A DNA stretch of 56,426 bases from Minisyncoccota bacterium (lineage in GTDB: Bacteria; Patescibacteriota; Minisyncoccia; Minisyncoccales; JAQTVQ01), in the NCBI GenBank assembly GCA_041652155.1, contig JBAZHV010000002.1, forward strand, positions 1 through 56,426, read 5' to 3'. This document shows positions 56,291 to 56,426 of this stretch, piece by piece; position 1 is the stretch's first letter; each line of letters begins with the position of its first letter. The notes under the pieces are model-generated. The model worked only from the letters and a program-made list of their open reading frames with translations, made no database searches and was not told the origin of the DNA. The position numbers and the translations under genes were made by a program.

Positions 56291-56426
56291 AAGTTAGATT
56301 CAGATCGGCTAGTCTTTGTTGATAATCTTCTTTTGTGATCTGGCCTCCGGCCAAAAGTTTTTCCAGGCCGGCGAGATAATTTTCGCGGATAGCGGAAGCG
56401 GGCAGGGCGGAATTGTAAATGCGAAC
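56274..56426 (-). CDS. Type IV pilin-like LamG-domain protein (array member 1). Only the C-terminal 50 codons are present because the gene is cut by the window edge.
   Basis: Hand translation gives VRIYNSALPASAIRENYLAGLEKLLAGGQITKEDYQQRLADLNLTYAIEE-stop. The stop is at 56274-56276 and the gene has the same 17-nt overlap with the next gene. Confidence 0.8.
   Translation of the reverse strand, partial: VRIYNSALPASAIRENYLAGLEKLLAGGQITKEDYQQRLADLNLTYAIEE

Noticed and set aside
49952-56426. Diversity-generating retroelement or CRISPR involvement in the pilin array
   Set aside because: No reverse transcriptase, template/variable repeat pair with adenine-specific differences, or short regularly spaced repeats are present in the window.

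Overview
This 56.4 kb window looks like a streamlined bacterial chromosome segment, most likely from a Patescibacteria/CPR-type organism. That placement is inferred from gene content and small gene sizes and is not proven. Almost all genes lie on the minus strand. There are three zones. (1) Positions 1-7000 hold an accessory island. It contains a repeat- and hairpin-rich non-coding end, then a co-directional five-gene defence block: gamma-type MTase, HNH/zinc-ribbon nuclease, small HTH, AIPR abortive-infection protein and Dam-like MTase. After a 520-nt non-coding stretch comes a large serine recombinase whose stop codon overlaps the 3' end of a minus-strand tRNA-Gly(CCC). (2) Positions 7100-47400 hold core housekeeping genes: ftsB-like, lepA, murJ, a HigB/HigA-like pair, RNase P RNA, a CarS-like gene, gatCA, two mreB paralogues, proS, rseP, frr, holB, murA, a ribosomal/rpoA cluster (infA-rpmJ-rpsM-rpsK-rpsD-rpoA-rplQ, then rplM-rpsI), alaS, a recJ-like gene, pgk and secDF/secA. 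This zone also carries a module of a sigma-like HTH protein, a membrane protein and a VirD4/TraD-like ATPase. (3) Positions 47800-56426 hold a surface-structure locus. It has a 671-aa Gly/Asn-rich repeat protein bracketed by a repeated palindrome, followed by a tandem array of at least 8 type IV pilin-like LamG-domain paralogues. Each array gene overlaps the next by exactly 17 nt. A ninth copy sits alone at 25.5 kb. No CRISPR array, reverse transcriptase or rRNA was seen. The best candidates for something new are the pilin-LamG array with its Gly-rich neighbour, the tRNA-linked AIPR/HNH/two-MTase block with its related flanking non-coding elements, and the ATPase/membrane-protein module.
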